A stretch of 64,000 nucleotides of DNA from a virus, in the IMG/VR virus record IMGVR_UViG_3300025875_000003, positions 1 to 64,000 of that record; one strand, given 5' to 3'. Both the position numbers and the translations under genes were made by a program. The notes under the pieces were generated by a model. The model had not been told where the DNA came from. It made no database searches and saw only the letters and a list, made by a program, of their open reading frames with translations. Shown one piece after another: positions 1 through 10,199 of the stretch. How positions within the stretch are numbered: position 1 is the stretch's first letter; each line of letters starts with the position of its first letter.

Positions 1-14
1 CCTTCGCCGACGAC

Positions 15-446
15 ATGCACCGCCAGCACCACGCCTTGGCTAAGGAATGGGTCGAGTACTTCAGACCGGACGCTGTTACGGCAGATGGTGTGTGGCCTCA
101 GGGTCGTGCCGCTATCCTGAGTGAACTGCGGCGCGGCAACGAGGTTCAGTACCTCACAGGACGCAGGCATGATCTTATCAAGATTACGAAGGGTTGGTTT
201 GTCCGCCACAACCTCTACGAGGCAACCACGCACGGGCGTCCTGCTGGTGTTCGCACTCCGCTGGCCATCTTCAAGGCAGACTTTCTGGAGAAGTACGAGC
301 GTGAGAACCCGGGCGTTCGTGTTCGTCTCTACGAGGACGATCCTGAGGTAGTGCGCGTGGTTCGTGCTAGGCTTAGAGACGAAGCCGCCGTGCACTGCAC
401 GTGGCACATCAAGCCCACAGCCATGGTCAAGAAAGCCACGGCGTAA
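15..446 (+). CDS. hypothetical protein (probably 5'-truncated; frame is open to the window edge)
   Basis: ORF track; no in-frame stop upstream of 15. Confidence 0.6.
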   Translation: MHRQHHALAKEWVEYFRPDAVTADGVWPQGRAAILSELRRGNEVQYLTGRRHDLIKITKGWFVRHNLYEATTHGRPAGVRTPLAIFKADFLEKYERENPGVRVRLYEDDPEVVRVVRARLRDEAAVHCTWHIKPTAMVKKATA

Positions 447-587
447 AGAGAAGTGTCCAGTTCGCATTTGCTGCGGTCATATGCTAAGATCTTTGGTGTC
501 TCCTCCTCAGGGACGGCTGTTGACCGCAGCAGGAATGGCGGGCTGGTTCACACTGGCCCGCCATTTCCATTTTCTCGGAGGATACAA

Positions 588-1226
588 ATGCCTGTCGCAA
601 CATCAGCGCCTCGCGGGAACTATGTCCCGCAGGACTATACGGATCTTTTCGAGAATTACTACACCTACGTGACTAGACTAGTATCCAAGAATGGAATTGA
701 CCCCCTCAATGCCGAGGATGTGGCCATGTCCATTCTATCTAAGTTCATCGAGAATGATGTTCTGGCCGACTTTGATCCGACATACGGCAATCGAGAAGCC
801 AAGTTCTCCACCTTTCTCGGCGGGTTCGTGAGTCTTTATGTGCGCCACCATCGTGAGCGCCAGATTGTCAGGCGGGTTCGTGAGCCCATCATTATGGATC
901 TGCCGGAAGCACAGGGTAAGAGTAAGCACGGCATGGGCACCTGGGGCGAATACCACAGCAAGCCCACTGTAGAGACATACGATGACCTGTACGGAGACGA
1001 TTTGGCTCAGGTCATCCGCAAGCACCTGCTGACTCTGCCGACCGGCTCTCGTGCGCGCAAGTTCACTCTTGTGGATCTGTTCGATGTGCTTGTCGAGCAG
1101 GTGAAGAATCTAGGGGAGCACAACTACCCTGCCGCCGCAGCCGCGCTGGGAGTGACGCCACCGGCTGTGCGCAATGCTCTTCCTGCGCTGAGGGCTGCTG
1201 TTCGTGTGGCTCTGGAGGAGTACTGA
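588..1226 (+). CDS. phage RNA polymerase sigma-70/ECF-like factor
   Basis: SD GGAGG before ATG 588; region-2-like DLFENYYTYVTRLV...AEDVAMSIL...FDPTY...KFSTFL; C-terminal HTH YPAAAAALGVTPPAVRNAL. Confidence 0.6.
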   Translation: MPVATSAPRGNYVPQDYTDLFENYYTYVTRLVSKNGIDPLNAEDVAMSILSKFIENDVLADFDPTYGNREAKFSTFLGGFVSLYVRHHRERQIVRRVREPIIMDLPEAQGKSKHGMGTWGEYHSKPTVETYDDLYGDDLAQVIRKHLLTLPTGSRARKFTLVDLFDVLVEQVKNLGEHNYPAAAAALGVTPPAVRNALPALRAAVRVALEEY

Positions 1227-2014
1227 TGACAGTCGTCGGGCACGAAGATGTGGTTACTGCGCTGACTGTCGAGTTCCCCCGAGTCGCGCTGTTGGCTGGT
1301 CCGGCGTCCGTGGGTAAGTGGACTACCGCCGAGCACGTGCGCCGACACCACAAGATCTTTGAGCCGGACGTGCTGAGGGTCAAGTTCCTGGACATGACAG
1401 CAGCACGCACTATCGCTTCCTACGTCTCTAGAGCCCCCTCAGGGGCCGCAGGGCGGGCTGTAATTGCTCGCTTGGACAACGCCCGCCCAGAGGCTCTAAA
1501 CGTCCTCCTGAAGCCTTTGGAGGAGTCTGGACCAGATGTCCATTTCCTGCTGGTTACGTCTCAGGCTGTACCGGTCACCATTGAGACCAGGGCGCGTAAG
1601 TACGACTTCAGTCTGCTGACCACCGACGAGATGATTCGGCTGCTGACCGAGGTCCGACACCTGTCGCCTGCGCTAGCCAAGAGGTTGGCAGAGATCTCGG
1701 GCGGACAGGTTCGCACGGCGCTAGCAGTGGCTAGTCTGTCCGACCAAAAAAATCTTGTTCTGCTGGCCGTGCGTTTCCTTCGAGACCGAGATCCTGTTGG
1801 GCTGGAGGCCTTGGCCGACCGTTGGCGAGACGAACACACCGAGTTGCTTGCGCGATGGGCACAGGAAGCCGTATCACATCGGTGGAGGCTGTTTAACGCC
1901 GAGGAGACTGGTGAAGTGGGCAGGCTTCCTCTGAGGGTGCTGGTGGCACTGCGTAGTGATGTAAGAGCGCGCCTGGTTGTCAGGTCGCTGCTTCCCGATC
2001 TAGTGAGGAACTGA
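1226..2014 (+). CDS. DNA polymerase III clamp-loader delta'/DnaX-like AAA+ subunit
   Basis: Walker A-like GPASVGKWTTA; ALNVLLKPLEE; HFLLVT; degenerate SRC motif TIETRA. Confidence 0.7.
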   Translation: MTVVGHEDVVTALTVEFPRVALLAGPASVGKWTTAEHVRRHHKIFEPDVLRVKFLDMTAARTIASYVSRAPSGAAGRAVIARLDNARPEALNVLLKPLEESGPDVHFLLVTSQAVPVTIETRARKYDFSLLTTDEMIRLLTEVRHLSPALAKRLAEISGGQVRTALAVASLSDQKNLVLLAVRFLRDRDPVGLEALADRWRDEHTELLARWAQEAVSHRWRLFNAEETGEVGRLPLRVLVALRSDVRARLVVRSLLPDLVRN

Positions 2015-2015
2015 T

Positions 2016-2315
2016 ATGGAACTGGTCAAGTATGAGGGCAGTGACGAGTGGTCTGCGCTATACGTGGATGGCAAGTTGGACACGGTGGGCGATCACTACC
2101 ACGCTACCGAACGCATCGAGCAGTTGGTGGGCGTGAAGGTCATTCAGAATGACGACTTCCTGCGGGGAGGCAACTATCGCGCTGACGTGGCTCCTACGCT
2201 GGAAGATCTGAATCTCTATGTGCGTGAGCGTGAGCGGCGGGAGGCCGAGGCGGCTCGCCTTCGTGCGCAGGCTGCTGAACTTCGGGCGCAGGCTGACGCT
2301 CTTGTGGGTGCTTGA
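2016..2315 (+). CDS. hypothetical protein
   Basis: ORF coupled to neighbours. Confidence 0.7.
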   Translation: MELVKYEGSDEWSALYVDGKLDTVGDHYHATERIEQLVGVKVIQNDDFLRGGNYRADVAPTLEDLNLYVRERERREAEAARLRAQAAELRAQADALVGA

Positions 2316-2491
2316 TGGGGCACAAGTCTTGTGTGTACTACACGTATCAGGATGACGGTGTGTGGATTGATTGCTCGTGCAGGGGGTTCGACGCCTGTCT
2401 GGGCAGTATGCCTTCTGTCGAAGACGTAGTGGCTGCGTGGAATATCCACCTAAAGCAAATGGGAGTCGAGGATGATACGAGCACTCGATGA
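2315..2491 (+). CDS. small Cys-containing hypothetical protein (58 aa)
   Basis: TGATG coupling; translated by hand (below track cutoff). Confidence 0.5.
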   Translation: MGHKSCVYYTYQDDGVWIDCSCRGFDACLGSMPSVEDVVAAWNIHLKQMGVEDDTSTR

Positions 2492-2678
2492 GTACGAGGC
2501 AGTAGGCAGGCCATTCGATGCTCAGTTTCCTGGCTATTGCGCGGTGAACTACGATCACAAGGTCAAGCGCGGCGAGCGCGTCACCAAGGTGCAGCGTGCT
2601 GACAATCCTCTAATCCCTGTAGGTGGCGTAGCCTGCGGTAAGTGCACCAAGATCATTCCGAAGGCGGCACGGTCCTAA
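2472..2678 (+). CDS. small Zn-finger-like hypothetical protein
   Basis: ORF track; Cys pairs. Confidence 0.6.
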   Translation: MIRALDEYEAVGRPFDAQFPGYCAVNYDHKVKRGERVTKVQRADNPLIPVGGVACGKCTKIIPKAARS

Positions 2679-2860
2679 TGCCACAACAGACGTGTACCAC
2701 TTGTGGAGATAAGGAAGAAGTTAAAACAGACGGACGAGGGTTTCCGCCCGACATTGCCAAGCGGAAACTGGTCAAGCGTTGCAAGGCCAAGGGCCATGAA
2801 AGCACGCCTCAGTACCGGCCCACGATTCTCTTTGGCCCTAGACCCCGCGGGATGTCTTAG
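2678..2860 (+). CDS. small Zn-finger-like hypothetical protein
   Basis: TAATG coupling; CxxC. Confidence 0.6.
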   Translation: MPQQTCTTCGDKEEVKTDGRGFPPDIAKRKLVKRCKAKGHESTPQYRPTILFGPRPRGMS

Positions 2861-3858
2861 TGTCTACTTTTTCTCAGTGGTGGCGCGGCTACCAGAAGAA
2901 GCCCGGCATCAAGCCTGTCACATGGGTATGTGGCTCTGAGCGCGTGCTGGTCGAGGACGTAGTGAGTACGCTGCGTCGAGCAGTGGACCCGCAGGTGTGG
3001 AACTATGTTCCTATAAGCGTAGGAGAAGATTCTGAGCGAGACATCTGGGCCGAGGTCTTTACGCTACCTACGGGCCTCAACCAGTCTCGCTTGGTTGTGA
3101 TCAGAGGCGCAGAGAGGCTGAAGCAGCCCGAGCGTCTGGGTCTCTTCCTGAAGCGTGCGGGTGCTCATCCTGATGTCTATGTCATCGCGGTCTCTGGAGA
3201 GTCCTCAGTGCCTCGCGTTGAACCAGACGAGGACCAGCGTAAGCGGGGCGCTAAGGGCGATGTAGCGCCTCACGTCGCTGCCTTGGCAGGGAAGGGCACG
3301 GTGGTGGAATGTAGGCCCTTCACGGGCGATACAGCGGCTGTGGCTGTCGATTGGGTCAAGTCCAAGACAGGCATGCGCGAGGCTGTGGCTGGACACCTGC
3401 TGAATCGAGCAGACGGCAACATGCGGTTGGTTCGAGATACGTGTGTGAAGTTGGCCGTGATGGGAGGAGAGGCCACCATCTCAGCCATCAACGACTTGCT
3501 GTCAGAGCAGCCACGAGACACGTTCGTTGATGCTCTGGTGGCGATGGATAAGAAGAGCGCTCTAGCGGCCTTGGAGAGGCTTCAGCCTGATGACTACTCC
3601 CGTGTGTTGGGTTTGCTGGACTCACAATTAGATCTTGCAGGCATGGTTCACGACATGCAGGCCGAGCGTCGGCCGCCGTACGAGATCATGAGACAGGCAG
3701 GGAACAAAAGTTTTCTGGTGAAGGAACTGATGTCTGTGTCTAGACATTATGATGTTAAGCGTCGAGTATCTATCCGTAAGACTATGGTGCTGGCTGATGA
3801 AGCGCTCCGAAGTGGAGCCCGCATAGGTGTCATGGAGAGCGTAGTTGCGCGGTGGTAA
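2860..3858 (+). CDS. DNA polymerase III clamp-loader delta (HolA)-like subunit
   Basis: N-terminal KPVTWVCGSERVLVE, RLVVIRGAE, GNMRLV..TCVKL, FVDALVAMDKKSAL follow the delta-subunit pattern; about 330 aa. Confidence 0.65.
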   Translation: MSTFSQWWRGYQKKPGIKPVTWVCGSERVLVEDVVSTLRRAVDPQVWNYVPISVGEDSERDIWAEVFTLPTGLNQSRLVVIRGAERLKQPERLGLFLKRAGAHPDVYVIAVSGESSVPRVEPDEDQRKRGAKGDVAPHVAALAGKGTVVECRPFTGDTAAVAVDWVKSKTGMREAVAGHLLNRADGNMRLVRDTCVKLAVMGGEATISAINDLLSEQPRDTFVDALVAMDKKSALAALERLQPDDYSRVLGLLDSQLDLAGMVHDMQAERRPPYEIMRQAGNKSFLVKELMSVSRHYDVKRRVSIRKTMVLADEALRSGARIGVMESVVARW

Positions 3859-3917
3859 GAGACAATTAGCCATGTGACCTGTATGATTGATAGAGCAACC
3901 TACGAGGAGAACCAGAC

Positions 3918-4163
3918 ATGAGCCTGCTGAATCACATTCAGACAGAGAAGTCGAACTCCGTGGCTTCGAAGTGTAAGACCTGCGCTACCTTGAAGAGACT
4001 TACCCCCGAGGATCGAGACGATTTTATTGAGGCAGTGTCTTCTGGCATCTTCGCCTCCTTGCTTTCACGGGCAATCAACACGCGACTGGGTGAACTAGAT
4101 ATAGATGACACCCTAAGTGAGTCGTCTGTAAAGGCGCACATTCGTAACGGACATGTCGTATGA
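3918..4163 (+). CDS. small CxxC/HTH-like protein
   Basis: CKTC; C-terminal SESSVKAHIRNGH. Confidence 0.6.
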   Translation: MSLLNHIQTEKSNSVASKCKTCATLKRLTPEDRDDFIEAVSSGIFASLLSRAINTRLGELDIDDTLSESSVKAHIRNGHVV

Positions 4164-5383
4164 GCCTTCGAGACAGCATTCCTGATACCACCCCTCCGTC
4201 TGGCGAGACTTTGAAGGTGGAGGCTTCTCCAAACGGAGGGGAATTCACAGGGATGGTGACCAGGAATCCCGTATCTCCAGGTGACTATGAAGGTGCTTTT
4301 GCCAAAGTTTATGAACTAGCGGGGTTGAACCCGGCCGATTACCGTATCGTCGGAGATACCGTCAAGTTTTCGGCCTGGGAGCAGTCTGCCAGATCTAGAT
4401 CCGGTGATAGAGATAGGGTCTGGCTCTACGCTTACCGGGCTAGGTTCGAGCGCATCAGTGCGGCAGATCGAGAGATCGAGGACATAGATGCACTCTTGGC
4501 CATCGCTAGGGCCAACGTCGCTGATCTTGCTCCGATAGAAGATTCTGCCCCGCGTACTCGCGTAGTGGTAATGTCTGACCCGCAAATAGGTAAGGTTGGT
4601 TCACGAGGAGGCACACCTGCGCTGCTGGAACGTATCTCAGACCTAACATCGCAGTTGGACGATATCATGATGGATGAGCCGTGTGAAGACGCCGTTGTGG
4701 TAGACCCTGGCGACCTATGCGAGGGCTTTGAGAACGTCGCTGCGCAGCAATTCACCAATGATCTATCTCACCCTGCTCAACTGCGAGTAGCGCGTGCTGT
4801 GCTGACCGATCTGGTGACTTTGGTGGCTTCCCGACACTATGACACCACGGTGGTTACCGTTCCTTCCAATCACACAGCCTGGCGTCGAGGAAAGGACGTG
4901 CTGGGCAAGCCGTCAGATGATTATGGCATCGACACGCACATGGCCGTTTCTGAGGCGCTGCACCGCGATGCTGACTTTGAGCACGTCGAGTGGGTATTTC
5001 CCAACGAGTGGGATGAGTCGGTAGCCTTTGGTGTACGAGGGGCTGTGTTGGGAGTAGTGCACGGTCATCAGTCTGGAAAATCTGACGGCATCCCCAATTG
5101 GTGGAAGGGACAGTCGCACGGAGGACAGGCAGTAGCCAAGGCCACTATCCTCTGCACGGGTCATTTCCATTTCTTTAGAGCACAGCCCTCAGGGTCTGTT
5201 GATGGATCTTCACGCTGGTGGTTTCAAGCACCTACGCTGGACAATGGCTCTGATTGGTACAGGAACAGCACCGGCTCCGACGATGAACCCGGTATTCTGA
5301 CATTCACCATTGATGACGCCGGGCGCTGGAATGATCTGAGGCTGATTACGCCGCGTGCAGAGCCTTATACGAGAGCCGAATAA
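4160..5383 (+). CDS. metallophosphoesterase (calcineurin-like)
   Basis: SDPQIGK, GDLCEG, PSNH, HGH, GHFH metal motifs. Confidence 0.8.
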   Translation: MSLRDSIPDTTPPSGETLKVEASPNGGEFTGMVTRNPVSPGDYEGAFAKVYELAGLNPADYRIVGDTVKFSAWEQSARSRSGDRDRVWLYAYRARFERISAADREIEDIDALLAIARANVADLAPIEDSAPRTRVVVMSDPQIGKVGSRGGTPALLERISDLTSQLDDIMMDEPCEDAVVVDPGDLCEGFENVAAQQFTNDLSHPAQLRVARAVLTDLVTLVASRHYDTTVVTVPSNHTAWRRGKDVLGKPSDDYGIDTHMAVSEALHRDADFEHVEWVFPNEWDESVAFGVRGAVLGVVHGHQSGKSDGIPNWWKGQSHGGQAVAKATILCTGHFHFFRAQPSGSVDGSSRWWFQAPTLDNGSDWYRNSTGSDDEPGILTFTIDDAGRWNDLRLITPRAEPYTRAE

Positions 5384-5489
5384 GGCTCTGGCCTTGTACA
5401 CAGAGATACAAGGCTAAAACCTTGTGACCCGCAGGCTTTTTCAGACGGGCTTCTGAGGCGTAACACCAAGCAGAACAAGGGAGAACATC

Positions 5490-5810
5490 ATGGAATGGAA
5501 TTTGTTCTGGGCTATCGCTGCTCAGACACTGATCGGTGCAGTAATTCTGGTCATTCTGGCAATGGCAGTGTCCCTCGTAGTGCACATGCTTCGGGGCACC
5601 GTCAAGGCTAAGGTCGAAGAGCGCCCCTACAATCCTCCGCGCTATCCCAAGATTCCGGAGGCAACGTGGTCCAAGAGCGAGCCGGTAGGAGTACCCGAAA
5701 TGCGTAAGCGGGGTGTAGATGTGGACGGTCCACAAGACATTGATGACGCAACGTCTGGGTATCCGGCTGCGTCAAGGCCTACTCCCGTGAGCAAGTCAGG
5801 GCGTCGTTGA
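5490..5810 (+). CDS. membrane protein
   Basis: SD; N-terminal hydrophobic helix. Confidence 0.7.
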   Translation: MEWNLFWAIAAQTLIGAVILVILAMAVSLVVHMLRGTVKAKVEERPYNPPRYPKIPEATWSKSEPVGVPEMRKRGVDVDGPQDIDDATSGYPAASRPTPVSKSGRR

Positions 5811-8218
5811 TGGCTGATCGTAATTACGGGGCCATCCGCTCTGCCGAGCAGTTTCAGGCCTTCGCTGAGCGCATCATCAAGGCCGACAAGAAGTTCGGCT
5901 TTGACATTGAATCGGGGTATACCGGTCCTGATCGTAAAGACACCGCCAAGCAGATGTTTCACCCGCGTTGGGTGTTCGGCGGGTTCTCATTCACCAATTC
6001 CACCGATTGGGCTCGGTACGTCCCTATCGGCCACGACAACGGCGACAACGTAGACGATCCGGTAGAGGTCGCTCGCTGGCTGTGGAAGATGTTGCGTACG
6101 GGCAACGCTGTGGCACACAACGCACCCTTTGAGTTGAAGGGCACCCGTCGCTGGTTTCTCGAAATGTTGTCTGACGACCCTGAGTTGGGTGAAGAGGTCA
6201 AGGCAGCCAACGGGCTGTGGCCCATCTTTTCGGACACCCAGATCGAGTGCTTCCTATCTGCCAAGTACCACCCTCTTGCGGTGGGACAGGACTTGAAGTC
6301 GCTGACCCTGCACGTGTTCGGGCACAGGATGATTCACTTTGATGAGTTGTTTCCTGACCTGAAGGTGAAGAACAAGGCCCGCTTCAATACTCTAGAACTG
6401 ACTCCTCAGGTCATCACGTATGCCTGCGAAGACTCCGTGTGGTGTCTTGCTTTGCACCAGCACCCGGACCACTATGAGGCGCTGAAGGACTCCATCGTCT
6501 ACAAGACTGAGACGGCTCTGATCCCCATCCTGGTGGACATGGAGATCGAGGCTCTAGCCATCGATTGGGCCGAGGTAGACCGGCGCGCAGATGAGTGCAA
6601 GATTCTTTCTCAGAAGATGGACGAGGAGATCCAGGCCGAACTGTCCGAGCGGCTGGGCGAGGTCGTAAACATCAACCTCAACTCCACCAAGCAGTTGGCT
6701 GACATGCTCTTCAATCGGCTGGGTCTGACCAGCACCATGAAGACTGATGGGGGAGCAGACAGCACGTCTGACAAGGCGCTGAGCAACATCGCCAAGGTTG
6801 ACCCTGTGGTGCAGCAGATTCTGAAGTACCGCACTGTCACCAAGTTGTATGGCTCCTACCTCAACAAGTACCGCACCGAACTGCGCTATGCGGACGACGA
6901 CCGCGCACACGCCAACCACAAGCAGACCGGCGCAGGCACGGGGCGCATGTCTGTCGATGGTGTGTCCTACCAGCAGTGGCCCAAGCCGTACCACTACGAA
7001 CTGAAGGACGGGACGACCTTCGACCTGAACTTCAGAAATCTTCTCATCTCGCCCGAGGGTTACCGCATCATCGGCTTCGACTACTCGCAGGTCGAACTTC
7101 GCGTGCTGGCTGGACAGGCTGGAGAGACCGCACTGCTGAAGGCTTTCGCTGACGGCATTGACATTCACAAGGCCACCGCATCGAACATGATGGGCATCCC
7201 GTTGGAGGATGTCACGAAGAAGGTCCGTGCCAAGGGCAAGACTCTCAACTTTGCTGTGGTCTACGGCTCCGGGGCTCAGAACATCGCAGACATGCTCACG
7301 TCTCCCGACGAGCCTGTGACGAAGGAAGATGCCGAGGAACTGCTGGCCAAGTACTTCGAGGCCTTCCCGCAGTTGAAGACGTGGATGGACGCGCGTGTTG
7401 TCGAGGGCCGCGAGCAGGGCTACGTGACGAACATGTTCGGACGTAAGTTCACCGTGTGGGAGTACCAGGATCACCGGGACTGGATTCGCAACAAGGGCGA
7501 CCGTCTGTGTGTGAACGCTCCGATTCAGGGTGGTGCTGCGGACTACTGCAAGATTGCCATGGTGCGCGCGGACAAGGCCATCAAGAAGGCTGAGGCAGAA
7601 GGCAAGATTCCGGCTGGTTCTGTGCGTATGGTCATGATGGTGCACGACGCACTGGAGTGGTACGTGCGCGAGGACGTGGACACTCAGACCGTGATTGACA
7701 TTCTTGGTCCGGCTGTGTCCTACAAGGTGGCAGGTCTGCCTGACATTCAGGCTGACTGGCACGAGGCCAAGCGTTGGGGGGAGCCGGTGGAGATCAAGCG
7801 TGACGCTGCTGGCCGCATTACGGGCTACGCTATCGAGGACGTGGATACTGAGTTCTCTTCGGTGCAAGCGGCCTACGACTACTACGTGGCACAGAGCCAG
7901 GTGGAGGAGTCCGTGAATGAGGCCATGGAGCACCTGGAAGAGGAGAAGATTCTTGTGACCGATCTGACTCCTACAGAGGCCGTGCTTACGCTGTCCGACA
8001 TGCCTGACGAAAATCAGTGGACTCTGTTCCAGCAGTTCAGAGAGAGGCGCAGAGGTCCCGGTGTACTGACTTTGAATACGCCTGAGGGATCTTTGTTGCT
8101 GGATGACATTCATCTTACTCCAGACGATCAGCCAAAGGTTTCTGCCCTATTGGGAGGCGCACACCTCACGTTCGTTCGAGGGGATGTCGGAAATGTTCTG
8201 GAGGGAATCGAACTGTGA
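5810..8218 (+). CDS. polA: family A DNA polymerase with 3'-5' exonuclease and C-terminal extension
   Basis: Exo I FDIES; motif A DYSQVELRVLA; motif B RAKGKTLNFAVVYG; motif C VHDAL. Confidence 0.95.
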   Translation: MADRNYGAIRSAEQFQAFAERIIKADKKFGFDIESGYTGPDRKDTAKQMFHPRWVFGGFSFTNSTDWARYVPIGHDNGDNVDDPVEVARWLWKMLRTGNAVAHNAPFELKGTRRWFLEMLSDDPELGEEVKAANGLWPIFSDTQIECFLSAKYHPLAVGQDLKSLTLHVFGHRMIHFDELFPDLKVKNKARFNTLELTPQVITYACEDSVWCLALHQHPDHYEALKDSIVYKTETALIPILVDMEIEALAIDWAEVDRRADECKILSQKMDEEIQAELSERLGEVVNINLNSTKQLADMLFNRLGLTSTMKTDGGADSTSDKALSNIAKVDPVVQQILKYRTVTKLYGSYLNKYRTELRYADDDRAHANHKQTGAGTGRMSVDGVSYQQWPKPYHYELKDGTTFDLNFRNLLISPEGYRIIGFDYSQVELRVLAGQAGETALLKAFADGIDIHKATASNMMGIPLEDVTKKVRAKGKTLNFAVVYGSGAQNIADMLTSPDEPVTKEDAEELLAKYFEAFPQLKTWMDARVVEGREQGYVTNMFGRKFTVWEYQDHRDWIRNKGDRLCVNAPIQGGAADYCKIAMVRADKAIKKAEAEGKIPAGSVRMVMMVHDALEWYVREDVDTQTVIDILGPAVSYKVAGLPDIQADWHEAKRWGEPVEIKRDAAGRITGYAIEDVDTEFSSVQAAYDYYVAQSQVEESVNEAMEHLEEEKILVTDLTPTEAVLTLSDMPDENQWTLFQQFRERRRGPGVLTLNTPEGSLLLDDIHLTPDDQPKVSALLGGAHLTFVRGDVGNVLEGIEL

Positions 8219-8442
8219 ACAAAGTTATGTTGAGTGATATTGAACTTCGTGGTTTCGAACTGCTTCTTTACTTTGAGCGGCTGCGGGGTGCTCTGGTCGC
8301 GCAAAGATTTCCTATTGACTCTCTCACTTTTGTCATGACAACTGAGCAGATCAAGAGCCTTCCTAACATTCCCGCTAATTTCGTCTCCTGCACGCGGGGC
8401 ACCGTGTTTGGATTTAATTTCGTTGTTTTGGACACGCTGTGA
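8215..8442 (+). CDS. hypothetical protein
   Basis: GTGA overlap. Confidence 0.55.
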   Translation: MNKVMLSDIELRGFELLLYFERLRGALVAQRFPIDSLTFVMTTEQIKSLPNIPANFVSCTRGTVFGFNFVVLDTL

Positions 8443-8984
8443 GCAGTGTCTACGATCTCGTGTCGGCCCATGACATTCCGTTTACCGAGATGGAAGAGCG
8501 TGTACTATCATGGGCCACTGAGGCACTAGATCTTCGTCACGGTGAGGCAGGTGACCCAGATGGCCGTTTGGGCGTCCCAGAGGACAATGCGGACGCCCAG
8601 GAGGTCATGTACTTCCTGAGGCGTGTAAGGCAGCGTTCTGACCGCGTGGATGCCCTTCTAGCGGCCACCACACAGGCTAAGGCGCGCGCCAAGCGTGCAC
8701 AGGAGCACGCTCAGTTCCAAGCGGACATAGCCTATGACACGGCCACGCAGGGAAACGCCGCGAGGCGCACGAGAGACTTCGTAACCCGAGAAGAGCGCAA
8801 GGCCGATGCGGCTCTAGATTCTTTGGAGCAGCGTCGCATCGCACACTTTGCCGCGCGGCTGGTCTCTGTCACTGCTGAGGCTCATGAGGTAGTCAATCAG
8901 GTCCACTGGCAGTTAGACGCTATCCGCAAGGATTCGCGCGCCACTCTGCACGCACTTCAGTTCGAGTCGAACCTGGAGCGTTAA
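8439..8984 (+). CDS. helical/coiled-coil hypothetical protein
   Basis: GTGA overlap; amphipathic helices. Confidence 0.7.
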   Translation: MSSVYDLVSAHDIPFTEMEERVLSWATEALDLRHGEAGDPDGRLGVPEDNADAQEVMYFLRRVRQRSDRVDALLAATTQAKARAKRAQEHAQFQADIAYDTATQGNAARRTRDFVTREERKADAALDSLEQRRIAHFAARLVSVTAEAHEVVNQVHWQLDAIRKDSRATLHALQFESNLER

Positions 8985-9132
8985 TTCAAGATTCTTGGCT
9001 AAGCCATGAGCAGAAGCCAAGAGGCTATCCGCATGTCAGTGCCATACGGTATGATGTACGGGTAACCAAATGTAGGGCGCGACCCGCCCTCCCGCTGTAA
9101 CCACCACAAAACACACAGAACAGGATTGCCAG

Positions 9133-10185
9133 ATGCCTCGCATCGAATTTGCACCGACTAACCGCGTGCAGACCACCAACTTTGACTACCCGAAGTTGAA
9201 GTTGAAGAACGGTGAGCGTGCCCGTGTTCTTGTCGGGCTGGAGTCTCCCGTTACGGAGTTCGTCCACAACCTGAACGTCCCGTCCATTGTTGACGGTATC
9301 CCGCAGACGGGAACCGAGAAGCGCAAGGATGGTACCGAGTACCAGGCTTACAAGAAGAACTTCATTTCTAAGCCGCTGTGTCTCGGTGAGTACGAGACCC
9401 TGGACAAGCAGGGTTCGGACGAGAAGAACTGCCCGATGTGTGCCTACGCCAAGCGATTCCCTGACCGGATCAAGGCTCCGCAGCGTCGGTACGCTATGCA
9501 CGTCATCCGCTACAAGACGCAGAGCGGTTCTTTCAAGCCCACCAAGCCGTTCTCGGTGGATCTCGTGGTGTGGGGCTTCACCGATAAGGTGTTCAACCAG
9601 ATCATCGACCTCTCGGAGGAGTGGAACCTGAAGACGCACGACCTGAATCTTGGTCCGTGCACGGGTGAGACCTTCCAGAAGTTTGACATCAACGTCGCTG
9701 CGGATGCCGCCTGGCAGACCTCCGAGGAGGCCAAGGCTCTGGTTCTGGAGACCTACAAGAACAACCAGATCCCGGACCTGACCATCGCCTGCGGTAACCG
9801 TAAGGAGCGCCGCTGGATTGACATCGACCTGGAGAAGATTCAGGAAGCCTGGACGCAGATCGAGGCGTGGGAGACCACGCACGGCAAGCCTGGCTCCACT
9901 GGTCCGTCTGTTGCCCCGAGTGCGTCTACTGCTGCGGCAGGAACCGCTGTTGCGGCCACAGGTGGTACGGATCTGAGCGAGGATCTTTCCAGCCTGCTGG
10001 ACTCTGGCGATCTCGAAGAGACCACGGTAGCGGCTGTTTCGTCTGGCGCTGCTGCGGATTCCACGGATGATCTGCTGGGAGGCTCCGATGAGCCTGCTGC
10101 GGTCGAGGCAGACAAGCCTGCCGAGGAGGAGAAGCCCGCAGACGCGGCGGACTTCGATGACCTTCTCGATGGCCTGGATGTCTGA
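9133..10185 (+). CDS. single-stranded DNA-binding protein (gp32-like) with acidic tail
   Basis: Cys cluster, position in the replication block, acidic C-terminus DFDDLLDGLDV. Confidence 0.65.
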   Translation: MPRIEFAPTNRVQTTNFDYPKLKLKNGERARVLVGLESPVTEFVHNLNVPSIVDGIPQTGTEKRKDGTEYQAYKKNFISKPLCLGEYETLDKQGSDEKNCPMCAYAKRFPDRIKAPQRRYAMHVIRYKTQSGSFKPTKPFSVDLVVWGFTDKVFNQIIDLSEEWNLKTHDLNLGPCTGETFQKFDINVAADAAWQTSEEAKALVLETYKNNQIPDLTIACGNRKERRWIDIDLEKIQEAWTQIEAWETTHGKPGSTGPSVAPSASTAAAGTAVAATGGTDLSEDLSSLLDSGDLEETTVAAVSSGAAADSTDDLLGGSDEPAAVEADKPAEEEKPADAADFDDLLDGLDV

Positions 10186-10199
10186 GCGGTAGTCGAAAC

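Noticed and set aside
453-587. Track start at 453 for the sigma-like gene
   Set aside because: A strong SD precedes ATG 588 and the upstream extension is low-complexity and not protein-like
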